Shown here: in pieces, positions 38,105-51,299 of the stretch | Numbering within the stretch: position 1 is the first letter of the stretch | Layout of the letters: each line of letters begins with the position of its first letter | Origin: Octopus sinensis | Taxonomy: Eukaryota | Direction: 5' to 3' | DNA length: 64,000 nt | Assembly (NCBI RefSeq): GCF_006345805.1 | Contig: NC_043001.1 | Location: 117,552,001-117,616,000, forward strand | Program-made: the position numbers and the translations under genes | The notes under the pieces: model-generated | What the model was told of the DNA's origin: nothing | What the model saw: the letters and a program-made list of their open reading frames with translations, nothing else | Databases searched by the model: none

Positions 38105-38260
38105 TTATCATAATTGTCGATGGGACCGACATGTTATCAAAATTGTTATCATAATTGTCGATGGGACCGACATGTTATCAAAATTGTTATCACAATTGTC
38201 GAGCGACCGACATGTTATCGGCCTCCATTGTCAGTGTTGCTCCGTCTGACAATGGAGGCC
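38105..38260. repeat. 41-bp direct repeat x ~2.8 followed by a perfect 15-bp inverted repeat
   Basis: Unit ttatcataattgtcgatgggaccgacatgttatcaaaattg at 38105, 38146 and 38187 (partial); ggcctccattgtcag / ctgacaatggaggcc at 38220-38234 and 38246-38260. Confidence 0.95.
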
Positions 38261-38559
38261 TATCATTGTTAAGAAAGTTCAGAAGGATACGTTTGTAATT
38301 TAATGCATTATTTTGGTGTTTAAATGGCCCAGAGACTAAAGCTGGACCATAAGTTCAAAGTGTAGTCCAATGCAGCAAGGGAATAATTTAAAATTTCACA
38401 AGAAATTGAACGTTCGTCCGACCTAATCTCAGTTTCCAAGAATTACACTGGTGTCGCATAATCGGGGCGGAACTTAAACACAGAACGCAAAAAGCTAGAA
38501 CAGATATCGCAAGGCACATCGCTCAAAAATCTAGCAATTCTACCAATCCACCGCTCTGG

Positions 38560-38705
38560 ACTGGTCTTTCAATTATTGAATCGGAAAGTATATAAGGAAA
38601 AAGTTGATATCGACTGAATTTGAACTCATAGAGCAGAGATCTTTCATAAATACTGCAAAGCATTCGATCCGACGCCTTAACGACTCTGCTAACTCGCCGC
38701 CTCAG
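38560..38705 (-). mobile_element. SINE family A, degenerate
   Basis: gaatttgaactca...gactctgctaactcgccgcct is the reverse complement of the head. Confidence 0.7.
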
Positions 38706-39464
38706 TCGAGGCTGTTAATACGCAATCGCAATTATAATATCAACACTCTTACATAAGTGGGTTAACTTTTAAGCGAGATTTCAGTATTCTGAGAAATAAC
38801 AAACCAGATTACTTTATCTTGAGTGCTTCTATAAATTCCTAGAGATAGTTTTATAATTGTAGGCCGAAAGATAAAGTGTAAGGCCGGGAGATAAAGTCTA
38901 ATATCCCCACTAAATTACTTCGTAAAGTGGATTGTCACTGTTTTTAACGGAATAATATAAACAATGATTTCCTGGGAAGTGAAGATAAGAGAAACAATGA
39001 ATCTTTATAGTATTGATCTGTATACTATTTAAAAAGATGGCATACCAATCTGAGTTCAAATCGTGTCGGGATCAAGTCTTTTCTTATTTTTTTTTTATAG
39101 AGTATCATAGCTGAGATGATCGTCTATATTCTTCTACTACAAAAATGGGATTTGTGTTTTGTGAAAAAAAGAGATATTCATTTCTCACACTGACAGAGAA
39201 CCACGGGATTGTGCTGTACTTGATTGGGTCAGCGTCAATATATAAGTAGACATCTTTTTTATTAACCCTTTGAGAAATGATGGTCAACTCGACTCAGAAA
39301 TGGTTGAACTTAGAATGTAAAAAGGTCGATACTACATAGAGTAATCAAGTGATTATAAATCATTTTTTACTATTTTAACCCGCACTCCACTATATGTTCA
39401 TCATGCAGAAGGATCCCCTGAGAAAATTTCTAATGTGATAGTTCATAAACTTAATCCATTGCCA

Positions 39465-39750
39465 TGAGGGTGTGTAGCTTAATGGTTAGTGTATTCGACT
39501 CGTGAGTTCGATTCCTGGCGGCTTTATTTCACTTTGCTCCATTTCATCCAGTTGACAAAAAATAATTGTATCTTATATTCAAAGGGTCAGCCTCGTCACA
39601 TTCTGTATTACGCTGAATCTCGCTGAGAACACGTTAAGGATACACGCTTCTGTGGAGTGCTCAGCCACTTGCACGTTAATTTCATGCGCACGTTGTTCCG
39701 TTCATCGGATCAACTGTAACCCTCGTGTCCGTAACCGACGGAGTGCCAAA
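39465..39750 (+). mobile_element. tRNA-derived SINE family D
   Basis: gtgtagcttaatggttag (A box), gagttcgattcc (B box), distinct 3' half gtggagtgctcagccacttgcacgttaatttca. Confidence 0.65.
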
Positions 39751-40659
39751 AACATCCATTGCTTATCTTTACAGAAGTGCCTGGCTCTTGGGTACCTTTG
39801 ATGGATACATTCAGGCCAGATTTCTAGTCTAAGAATAACTTCCACCTTTCACCCTACCAATCTAGGTGAGCCTGCAGAAGTCATTATTCTGATTCTTCCT
39901 CCTCTCTGTCTAAGACAAATATTCCCTAACAATTTCATTTCTTTCACATCAACAATCTTCTTGATTTTTAAACCAAGAATTGTTTTTCAACTGCAAGACC
40001 GCCCTGATCGAACAGAGCTATGATCAAGAGCATTCCAGTAATGACATCTTGTAGATGTATGTAGGGTTACATTACTTAATATGCTATTTTCTTATTGAAA
40101 ATAGTGCTGGGTAATTTTCGAAGAATTTTAGCTGCTGTTTCTAGTTGCTCGAGCAGCCACATTGAAGTTCGTTCGTTGGCTGGTGCTGTTGTTTTTTGCA
40201 TTGTTCTTGGTCAAACCTGATTAAACTGATTTTCCTTTTGTGATCAATATGTTGTATTTTTTCTTTTTTACAGATACGTCACATTGCATTATCCGGTTTG
40301 TCTTTTGCCATAGAGTGCTTAAGTTCATAGGATGTGATCAAGCCATTCATCCAGCCGGCCAGCCGGTCAGCCAGCCAGCCAGCCAGCCAGCCAGCAATAC
40401 GTTTAGGCATGCATACATAATGCTCACATGCATTAATGCAGACAGACAGACACACATAGATGCATACATACATACATACATAGATACATACATACATACA
40501 TATATGCATACATATATATAATATATTTATATACACACTCATTCCCTCTCTCTCTCTCTCTCTCTCTTTTTTAACATGTATACACACGCGTATGAAAATA
40601 CATCGGTTCGAATACTACCAGCAGTAGTGCAGCACTACTATTCGGGAGCAATAACTACA

Positions 40660-42510
40660 CGAGAGCCGAAAAGAAAAACATCTCCAGAATTGCACGAGGT
40701 CTCTTATTAATAACCAAAGAGCTGTCCAGGAAGACTTGACCATTGACGAAAAATTTTAAATAATCCCAAAATTTTCTATTTTTATGCAAAAAATGCATAG
40801 GACTAATTTTTATCCATCGGCGCCCTGATCGATGAACAGAACATCTTCACAATTATGTGAAAAATTGGACAAGATTTTATAGAAGCAATATAGCTGTATC
40901 TTCGGTGATTCTGATGCCGTCGACTTAAAGAGTATTAAAGAAGTAAATCGCCCCCTACCGATATAAGTTTCGGTACTTCAAACGTCATAGAAGCAAATAA
41001 TAAAACTTGACCCAGTTCAGAAATGGGCCCTGACAGACTCCTCGTTATTATCCCGAAGAAATGCAGACATCAACTTGCATATGCTCTTGCTAATCTCTGG
41101 AAGAATTTACTCGACTTAGATTTTACTTCTGAATATCCCAATCTGTCATCTTAGTTTTCAAAAAATGAATTACCGTTTCATTAGCCTCACATATCATTAA
41201 AGTATTCGAGAGTAGTGAGATAAAAAAAAAAACTGTCATCCTATAGAAAAATCATCTCTTTGATCCCAACCAACATGCTTTTCGTAGTGGCAGAGATTGT
41301 CTAACACGGCTCCACCACCACTTTGATGGCATCCTAAAATGCTCCGAGGGAGGTCTATAGCACAGATGTCATTTATCTCAACTTCAGTAAAGCTTTCGAA
41401 AAAGTCGAACACAGAATTTTGCTGACGAAATTATCCAACATCAGAGTCTGGGGTAATGTATTACAGTGGATTAAATGTTTCCTGGCATGCTGTCATTGAT
41501 GGAATTTACCCAAAACTAGCAAAAGGCATTAGTGTGTTCCCCTAGAGTACTGTGTCAGGCCACTTCTGTTTATTATTTACATAAATGACATTGGAAATGC
41601 CATCGAACACAGTAAAATATAAATCTTCGCAGATGATTCTAAGCTCCTAAAGTTATCAAGGGACACCGAATAGAACACCAGTCTGATCTCTACGCTGTGA
41701 TTCGATGGGAAAAAAATGCTACTAAACGAGGTAAAATTCGAGCTCATCCGCTTTGGAAAAGAGGATATATTTATACAGCCGTATTCTCTTCCCTCGGGTG
41801 AGCTCCACGTTACACCAAATAACATAAGAGATTTAGATGGAACTGGGTAAAACAACCGAAGCTGGAGTGCGCATATCTTTATTATATAAAAGTAAAGTTG
41901 TGTGCTGTCTGTCTCCTACGATTTAGATTCCTAACTACTCCCACATTTTGCGGTGCAGTTTAACCAAAACCGGGTATCTTATAGTCGTGATTCATATCGA
42001 GCCCTTATGGGTATTAGAGCGCGTCTACGATGAGTCTACGATTAAAAAAAAAATTACCATCAATTTCCCCATTTTTAATGCATTTTTGGCATATATAAGG
42101 GAAGTAACTCTCTAAAAAATTATTATTAAATCTCAGAACGTAAAAAGCTACAGTAACATCCCCCTTTGTGGTTAGCCATATTGAGATGGCTATTATACTT
42201 TACATCTCTAAAAATGCTTATATAGTTATTTCCCTTACAAACCCGAGCAACGCCGGGCGATACTGCTAGTCAACTATAAAATCAATATGACCAGCAGGAT
42301 GTGCTCATGGCTCCTTAGAAGTCTCCAGGTTAGAGATCCTGATACCGTTGTTCTTCTTTACGTTTGCTTGGTCTCTCCTTGAATATTGCTGCCCGCTATG
42401 TTCTCCGTACACAAAACAAAACATCATTACAATTCCAGTATCCAGTAAAAATAAATAAATGACATGCCAGGGCTTGCGACCACCTCAAAAAGCTCAGACT
42501 TATTCTCTTC
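40660..42510 (+). pseudogene. CR1/Jockey-type LINE RT relic interrupted by a Helitron
   Basis: NNPKIFY, GPD, QHAFRSGRDCLTRL, DVIYLNFSKAFEKVEH, IIYINDI..IFADDSKL, then NRSWSAH|INYKINMTSRMCSWLLRS across the insertion. Confidence 0.88.
41876..42269 (+). mobile_element. Non-autonomous Helitron (394 bp)
   Basis: Starts TC, ends CTAG, inserted between A (41875) and T (42270) without TSD; GC hairpin cccgagcaacgccggg just upstream of the 3' end; removing it restores the LINE frame. Confidence 0.92.
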
Positions 42511-43001
42511 AACACCACCGTGAGCGCTACATTATATACAATGTGGAAAATATTCCAAAATTGTACAAAAACATATGAAGACGAAGTGAAAGAACAACAA
42601 ATGCGATGTATTAGTTTAACGCTTAGGAAAAATGGAAGACGTGTTTAACGTTTCGAGCCTATGCTCTTCTAGAGAGAAAAAATGGAGGTAAACGTGTCTG
42701 AATTAACGATTACTTTATTTTTAACCTACCGAAAGAGAATGGAATTGGCTGGATGCCTGGGTGGCAAGGGAGAGAACAGTTACTCGACAAAGGTGTGTAT
42801 GTGTGTGCATGCGTGTGTGAAGATAATGTGTGCGTGTCTGTGTGTATGAGCGAGTGATTGTTTATGTGTGTGTGTGTGTGGGCAAGCATGTGTGTGAGTA
42901 TAAAGATTAAATGCGTGTGTGTATATGTGTGAAGCAATGTGTGCATGTGTACTCCGTGTATCTATGCGCGTGTGCGTGTGCATGGATACGTGTATGTGTG
43001 T

Positions 43002-43040
<39 letters not shown>

Positions 43041-43099
43041 TGTCTGAGGCTACCTAACGGATGGGTGTATGAAATATTTTTTTTATTTCATAGGGTAAT

Positions 43100-43795
43100 G
43101 AATTTATCCTTTATCTTTTGCTTGTATCAGTCATTGAGCAGTTGTTATGCTGGGGTCACCACCTAGAAAGGGTTTAACCGAACAAATCGCCACCAGTATG
43201 GCGAGCTGGCAGAAACGTTAGCACGCCTGGCGAAATGCCTAGCCGTATTTCGTCTGCTGTTACGTTCTGAGTTCAAATTCCGCCGAGGCCGACTTTGCCT
43301 TTCATCCTTTCGGGGTCGATTAAATAAGTACCAGTTACGCAATGGGGTCGATGTAATCGACTTAGTCCCTTTGTCTGTCCTTGTTTGTTCTCTCTATGTT
43401 TAGCCCCCTGTAGGCAATAAAGAAATAAGTATTTTACTCTCTACAGTCTTGTATTGATTCTATCAGAATCTGTTGACCGAACCAACAAGTTATGGGCATA
43501 TAAACAAACCAACACCGGTTGTCAAGCGGTGGTGGGAGTAGTAATGGTGGGACAAACACAAACATCAGGACACTCACCCACGCACACTCACACTAACACA
43601 CATACACACGCATACGCGCGCATACACACTTATACGATGGGCTTCCACGCAGTTTCCGTCTACGAAATTTACTCACAAGTCTTCGGTCGGCCTAGCCCTA
43701 TAGTAGAAGACACTTGCTTAAGGTGCCATGCACTTAGACTGAACCCGGAACCACGTAGTTGCGAAGCGATCTTATTAACCACACAGGCCATGCGT
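43100..43795 (-). mobile_element. SINE family C interrupted by a SINE B insertion
   Basis: Head/core at 43795-43630, middle at 43560-43435, 3' end at 43200-43100, all matching the 24258 copy in reverse. Confidence 0.8.
43198..43428 (+). mobile_element. SINE family B (A head/core plus long tail)
   Basis: ggcgagctggcagaaacgttagcacg...gtttagccccctgtaggcaataaagaaata. Confidence 0.92.
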
Positions 43796-44069
43796 TCGGA
43801 TCCTGTGCACGTCAAACTTTGCATGCGGTATTTAATTAGGTATTTTTTTTTTTTACATTCCATGTTCAAATCTCACAGAAGTCAACTTTTTATACTATTC
43901 TTCCGGGGTTGCAAAATAAAGTACAAGTCAGGTACTAGGATCGATATAACCCGCTTCTCATTCTTCTAAAACTAAACTTATTCTTAAAAAAAAATCATTT
44001 ATGCTCAGTCACCGAAATGCTTTTATTTAAACCGCTCCCCGAAATAAGTGTAACAACCACCATTATTTA

Positions 44070-44250
44070 TGCCACTCGATCTGCTGGAAACAGCAGCCAA
44101 ATTTCCTTTAAACCACTCCCCACTGCTTTACAAAAAGGAAGGATATATTGAGTTATCTGTAAAAAATAAAATGGGATGGTCACTACAGGAACGTCTTTGA
44201 TAGTAGATACGTATGGTCAAGATTGACCTGGGGCTCAAATACAACATCAC
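44070..44250 (+). mobile_element. Family G retroposon fragment
   Basis: gccactcgatctgctggaaacagcagccaaa...gattgacctggggctcaaatacaac. Confidence 0.6.
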
Positions 44251-45154
44251 CACCAAAAGCCCCGTCACCCCTACCGCCACATACACCACTACGGTAAACT
44301 CCACAACCGCATGTACGATCTAACAATTCCCGCCATTTTTCACTACCGCCATGGCTACTACCATCGCCACCACCAACACTACCATCAGAACCATCACTAC
44401 CACACCTTCACCATCACCTTTTCTACCACCACAAATCCTACCCCTACCAGTGTTACTACCATCAGCATGGCTAACATTATCAAAACAGAGCCGTTATCAC
44501 TACAACCACTACTATCACAACAGACACTACAACTACCATCAGCACTACAAGAGGCACCCCACCTCATACTACTGCTACTACAACTACTTCTAACACTACA
44601 ATACAATGACTACCACCACGCCATCTAAAACAACTTTTTTACCTATAACAACAATAACAGCATCAAGAACCACAACAGCATTTCTCTAAGTTATAACAAA
44701 ATTTTCTCCGACATCTTTCAGTTGAAATCAAAAATGGATGGATTTCTTTAATAATTAACTTTAAGGTCGACTGAGGTGGGGAAGGTGCAGAGGTAGGGGA
44801 AGAAATAGATGTCGGTAGGGATAGATTGATACATAGATGTGTGGATGGAGACTGGAGAGGAGAAATGGGTGGAGAGTGGGAAATAGAGAGAAGGAGAGAG
44901 AACGAGAGAGCACGCGTGAGGTGAGTGAGGGGAGAGTATGTGTGAAAGAGTGGGGGTGAAAGTGTGTAGGGAAAAGAGAAGTGTTGATATGTATGAGAGG
45001 GTGGGTGAGTGTGTACAAGAAGAGAGAGAGAGAGAAGTGTAAGAGGGAGGGAGGAGTGTGTATGTGTGAGAAAGAGAGAGAGTGTATGTGAGACAGACAG
45101 ACTGACAGAAAGTCAAAGAGTGAGACAAAGACGGAAAGATGAACAGACAGACAG

Positions 45155-45191
<37 letters not shown>

Positions 45192-45404
45192 GTGAGTGAG
45201 TGAGTGAGTGACAGACAGACAGACAGAGACAGGGAAACAGAATGAGAGAAAAAAATAGGGAGGGACAGAAAAAAAAAACAGATATGCCGGCAGTAACAGG
45301 GATAGAAAGACAAGGACTGTGTGTTTATGTGAGTAAATGAGTGATTGAGAGGAAGGGAGAGGGGGAGAGAGAGATAGACAGAGAGTCAGAGTGTCAAATA
45401 GACA

Positions 45405-45442
<38 letters not shown>

Positions 45443-45742
45443 GGATTAGAAAGACAGAGACTGCTGACAGGGTGGTAGACAGAGGAGTAGACAGTCAGAC
45501 AGATAGTAATATATATAGACAGAAAGAGAGCGAGAGAGAGAGGAGCGAGAGAGAGGAGCGAGAGAGAGGAGCGAGAGAGAGGAGCGAGAGAGAGGAGGGA
45601 TTGAGAGAGGGAGGATGAGAGAGGGAGAGAGAAAGAGGAGGAATGGTGAAGTGTGGATGCATATATGAAATTCCACCTAGAAATTCGTTCATCGATGCCG
45701 TCTTGGAAAGTATGGAATTAATTCAGTCATTTGCTCTTAGTT

Positions 45743-45810
<68 letters not shown>

Positions 45811-46302
45811 CAACAACAACAATAACTTGAGCTGCCACACCCATTCCCCTAGACTTCCACAACCCCGTAACACATTTTCCCCCACATCTCTGTACGCCAC
45901 ACCTTAGTCCAATCACCATTGAATGTCTTTCGATATAGTTACGAAGATGAAAGCCTTGGAAAACATGCTTCCTTGAAATGGTAAGAACAAAATTATCTTC
46001 CTTTCACCGGGCCTTTATCCTTGGCGCTTGCAATTAGAATGAACGAGGAAAAAGTGTTGGGAAGTGAGAAAGTGAAGTCGATAGCTAGCGAGCTATATGG
46101 AGAGAGGTAGGCATATGGTTGAGAAGGCGAGCGGAGACAGAGAGAAAAAGTAGATTGACAGGTGTGTGTGTGTGTGTGTGTGTTGTGTGTGTGTGTGTGT
46201 GTGCGTGTGTGTGTGTTTGCGCGCGCGCGCATCTATGTATGTATATGATCTTTAAGCTAGGTGAAATGTTTGTGACGTATATATATATATGTATATGTAT
46301 GA

Positions 46303-46340
<38 letters not shown>

Positions 46341-47855
46341 ATGTGTGTGTGTGTATGTGTGTGTATGTGCGTGTGTATATGTGTGTTTATATATATGTGT
46401 GTGTATGTGTGTACAGACAGTGACAGACAGACGGATAGATAGACAGATAGATAGATATATAATTATACACTTACATAGACATGCATATGCAGACATACGC
46501 ATATACATTCACATACCTACATACACGTCAGAGAGAGAGAGAGAGAAAGAATGAGAGAGAGAGAGAGAGAGATGGAGAGAGGAGGGGGGGAGAGAAAGAG
46601 AGAGAAATAGGTCGAAAGACGAAAGTGAGGAGGAAACAGAGAGGCTGAAAAGCAGATCGCAATGGAAGGAAGTGTGTCGCGTCTAAAAATGCTATTTTGT
46701 TTCCCCACTTCCCTCTCCCTTCTTCATTATAAACAATTAGATCTGAGCTTTCCACTCATCAAATGGTCGCAATAATAATTCTGCATCTTTTCAAGAGGGA
46801 AAGAGAGGGGGAAATGCCTTTCGTCGTTGTTTGTAATCAATTTCTTTGGACTAAATTTGTGTAAAGCAAAAATCTGCGAATCAAAAGTATAAACATAAGT
46901 TGAATATTACATAAATGACAGCTTTTGAAGGGATCGGAGCGGATGGAAGGGAATGCTAGCAAGAAAGCAGAGAAGAGGTGGAGAAAAAAAAGAGAATAGA
47001 TAAATATATAAAATAAATAAAACTAAATGAGGGGAAAGGGGGAAGATAATTAGAAATCTGAGAAAAAAGGAATAGCATGATAGAGATGTAGAGTGATAAA
47101 AAAAAATGTGTGGTAGGCAAGAGAGAGGAGAAATATGTTGCTAGATGTGTGTGTGTGTGTATGTCTGTGTATGTTTATAAATATAGGGACAGACACAAAA
47201 AATAATAACAAAGAGAGATGGAAGGATTCCAGAATGCTTAAAAATAGAAATAAAGTGATAGGCTTATGAAGAGAAGATTGAAGGGAACATAAAGGATGAT
47301 AAAAAGAAGGAAAGGCGAAAGTGAAAGTGGAAGTTAAAGTGAACGGGGGACAAAAAGGGAGAGAGAGAGAGATGAAAGAGTGATGTAGAACGGTAAATTA
47401 AATGGAAATGTAGAAAGAAATTTTTAAAATGGCAAAAGATAAAAAAAACTTTGACCAGTCTAGTGAAGTGACTGAGATAATTTCTTTTCTAAAACTTTTT
47501 CAAAGGAATAAATATCTCTTTTGAATATATACACTATCGTAATATATTTCTTACGGAGAAATTAACGCTGACCGAAATCAAATGGGGAAATGGGGTGGGG
47601 GGTGGATGTCGGTATATCTATCCGTCTGTCTGTCTCTGAGTTTCTACTCTATCGCTCTCTCTCTCTCTCTCTCTCTCTTTTCTCACTCATCTCTCCCTCT
47701 TTCCCTCTTTTCTCCCCTCTTTGTCTCCTCCCCACCCGACAACCTGTCATAACCACTCTATCTTTAGGTTTCATTGACGTTACGTTTCGTAATAAAAATT
47801 TCGTCTCAACATTAATCGTTCTCTCTCTTCCTCTCTCTCCTCTCTCTTCCCTTCT

Positions 47856-47889
<34 letters not shown>

Positions 47890-48397
47890 CCTCATGTTGT
47901 ACTCTATATGTACTCCCTTAATTTTCTCTGTCTTTCCTACTCTTTCTGTATGTTTGCGTGCGGAAGGCATTTCGGTTTGGTTCTCCAACCCATCCTCACC
48001 CGGCTTCCTTTCTACTCAGTTTCTAATGTACTCTCTGTCTCTGTATCTCTTTCTTTCCCTCGTTCCTCGCCTTCTCTCTCTCCTTCCTCACCTTCTCTCT
48101 CTCTCTCTCTCTCCTACTTTCACTTGGCCATAAACCTCTGCAGCACATTTACAGACAGGCTAAATGATGCTCTGTGATGATGCAATAGGTAAAAGTTCTG
48201 AACATATGCCTTGGGAGAGAATGACACTGATAAAACTGCACCACCACCACCACCCCACCACCACCACAACCACCACCACAGCCACTGTCAACAACAACAG
48301 CAGCAACAACCACAACAACAGCAATAATTTAACATCAATCTAACTACGACAATACGAAGACAAGTGCAAGATCATTATTGTCTTTATCACTACTGAT

Positions 48398-48490
<93 letters not shown>

Positions 48491-48848
48491 GAGGAGGAGG
48501 AGGAGGAGGAGGAGGAGGAGGAGCAGTAGTAGTAGTAATAGTAGTAGAGGCGGTGGTGGTTGTGGTGGTGGTAAAGCTCGTGTTGGAAGGTGTTGGTGTC
48601 AATAGATAGTGTTGTAGTAGGAGCAGACAGTAAGCAGTGGGTGTAGCGTGTAATGTGCAGTAGAAGCAGAGGGTAAACATAAGGTGTGCCGCGTGGGATC
48701 AATACGGTGTGTAAACAGTGGAAGCAGTATGCCATAGGAAGGGTACACACACACATACATGCATGCATACACACATACATACATACATACATACATATAT
48801 ACATACATATATACATACATACATACATACATATATACATACATACAT

Positions 48849-48909
<61 letters not shown>

Positions 48910-49046
48910 CATACATACATACATACATATACATACATACATACATACACACATGCATGCATACATGCATACATACATGCATACATACATACATGCATAC
49001 ATACATATATACATACATACATACATATATACATACATACATACAT

Positions 49047-49109
<63 letters not shown>

Positions 49110-49371
49110 CATACATACATACATACATATATACATACATACATACATACACACATGCATGCATACATGCATACATACATGCATACATACATACATGCAT
49201 ACATACATATATACATACATACATACATATATACATACATATATACATACATACATACATACATATAGTGAGAAGAGAGTGGAGGAGAAGGGAGGGTGAA
49301 AGAAAGAAAGAAAGAAAGAAAGAGGGAAAGAAAGAAAGAATGAAAGAAAGAAAGAAAGAAAGAAAGGATGA

Positions 49372-49403
<32 letters not shown>

Positions 49404-50116
49404 AGAAAGAAAGAAAGAAGCTGTACAAACAAACAGTAATGGCTTAAATTGCTAAATGAACATAAAGGAAATGATTGCATGGAACCGACATTAAAACGAA
49501 AAAAATTATATTAGAAAAGCAAAGGAATAGGAAGGATGCGGAAGGGTGGGAGTGGAAGGGGATGCAGTGTATAGAGGGAGGGAAATGGTAGGAGAATGTC
49601 AGGTCAGACACGCGACATCACATCAAGCATTGCCTTTGACATTATAGGCGAGACACAGTTGCATGTCGGGAAATCGAAAGTAGAACGTAGCAGACGACAT
49701 TTTAAAGTTGGTCTTTCAAGAGAGGAGGAAGAGGGAAGTAGTTTCCGTCCCATTGATATTCAGAAAAGCCTTAAGTTTTCTTCAACAAATTCTTAAGATT
49801 ATTTAAAATGAATTAAAGAAGGATGTAACAAGAAGGGACGACAAAAGTAAAATGAGAAAGAAAAAGCTAAAATCCAGAGGGGAAAACTATGGTTTTAAAA
49901 AGTTAAAAAATGTAAAATATAGATCAAACATTCAAAGGAACAAAAAAGGTGAAGAAAGAATAACAATATGAGAAAGGTAAGGAATAGAAAAGAAATACTA
50001 TAGCTATGGAAGTTGGATTTGTAACACTAAATCCTTTGAAAATTTATATAACGATAAAATTCTTTAGAAATTTGTTGAATAAAAAGGTCAGAATTCTTTT
50101 TCTTTTCTTTGTTCTT

Positions 50117-50199
<83 letters not shown>

Positions 50200-50217
50200 A
50201 AGAAAGAAAGAAAGAAA

Positions 50218-50258
<41 letters not shown>

Positions 50259-51299
50259 GATACATACATACATTATTTTCCAAAAACTGGACGGATTTGA
50301 GATATGTGACCTTTAAAAGTTTCAACATCGACTCACAAGATATGCGAATAAATATTCACCTCTCGGCTTAGTATTGTGAATTCGTAGCCTCCATATGTGA
50401 GTTAAAAGAAGGACGGTAGTAACACATAGGTAACGAACAGAATATTTTTGATCATAGGTCTATATGACCAGGGTTGATTTGCGGCTAAACAATAACAATG
50501 GAAACGAATCGAGTCAGGGAGGATAAATGTTTCGAGTTCCTAAAATTGCTCAACAAAAATCATATCTCTTCCAACAAATTCTATTAAGTTATGGCTGCTT
50601 GTTTATGTTTTCAAACTGAGGGTAGTATGACCCCACAATAATGACTAAATAGTCACATTTTAAGACATAAGAAGGTTTCATTAAGCCATAGATTCTTTTC
50701 AGAACTATCTAAAAATGCCTGAACATAATAGCGATGCCATGACTAAAGAAGCTGTAGTAACATGAAAATTTACAATAAAAATTAATTTACTTTCTATCAT
50801 TGGTATATGGCCACACATTTTAGGGGAAGAAACAACCAGCCTATCAAATAAACCGAATACTTGGCTTGAACCTATTTTATCGATCATGAAAAAATTCGAG
50901 ACAAAATCGAATTTAGTGGTAATTAAACTCAGAGCATAACTGGATGTAATTAAATATCGTATTGTATTCGACGAGTTCCCAATTCTGTCATTTACCTCAC
51001 TTTGCGAGACAAAACATTGATTTTAGCACTAACACATCCAGAAGCTTAGGTGGTGGGTACAATCGATTGAACTAATTTCAGTATATTTCGAGTCTGCAAT
51101 CCACTTCGCTTTACGAAGAAATACTCAAAAGTTTTTTTCTATACCTTCCTACCTACTTCCTTGATTTATTATTACCATAACTCCCTTATATCAACGCACG
51201 AACTTTATATTTATTTTCTTGAAAAAAGGTTTGAACGCTCAAGCACGCAGAATTTTTACGTGACAGATCGGTTCCAGAAGCACTCCACCGTCAAACACA

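Noticed and set aside
44770-45660. Long GA-rich purine tract with a 13-bp sub-repeat (45530-45595)
   Set aside because: Ordinary compound GA microsatellite for this genome; triplex potential is generic
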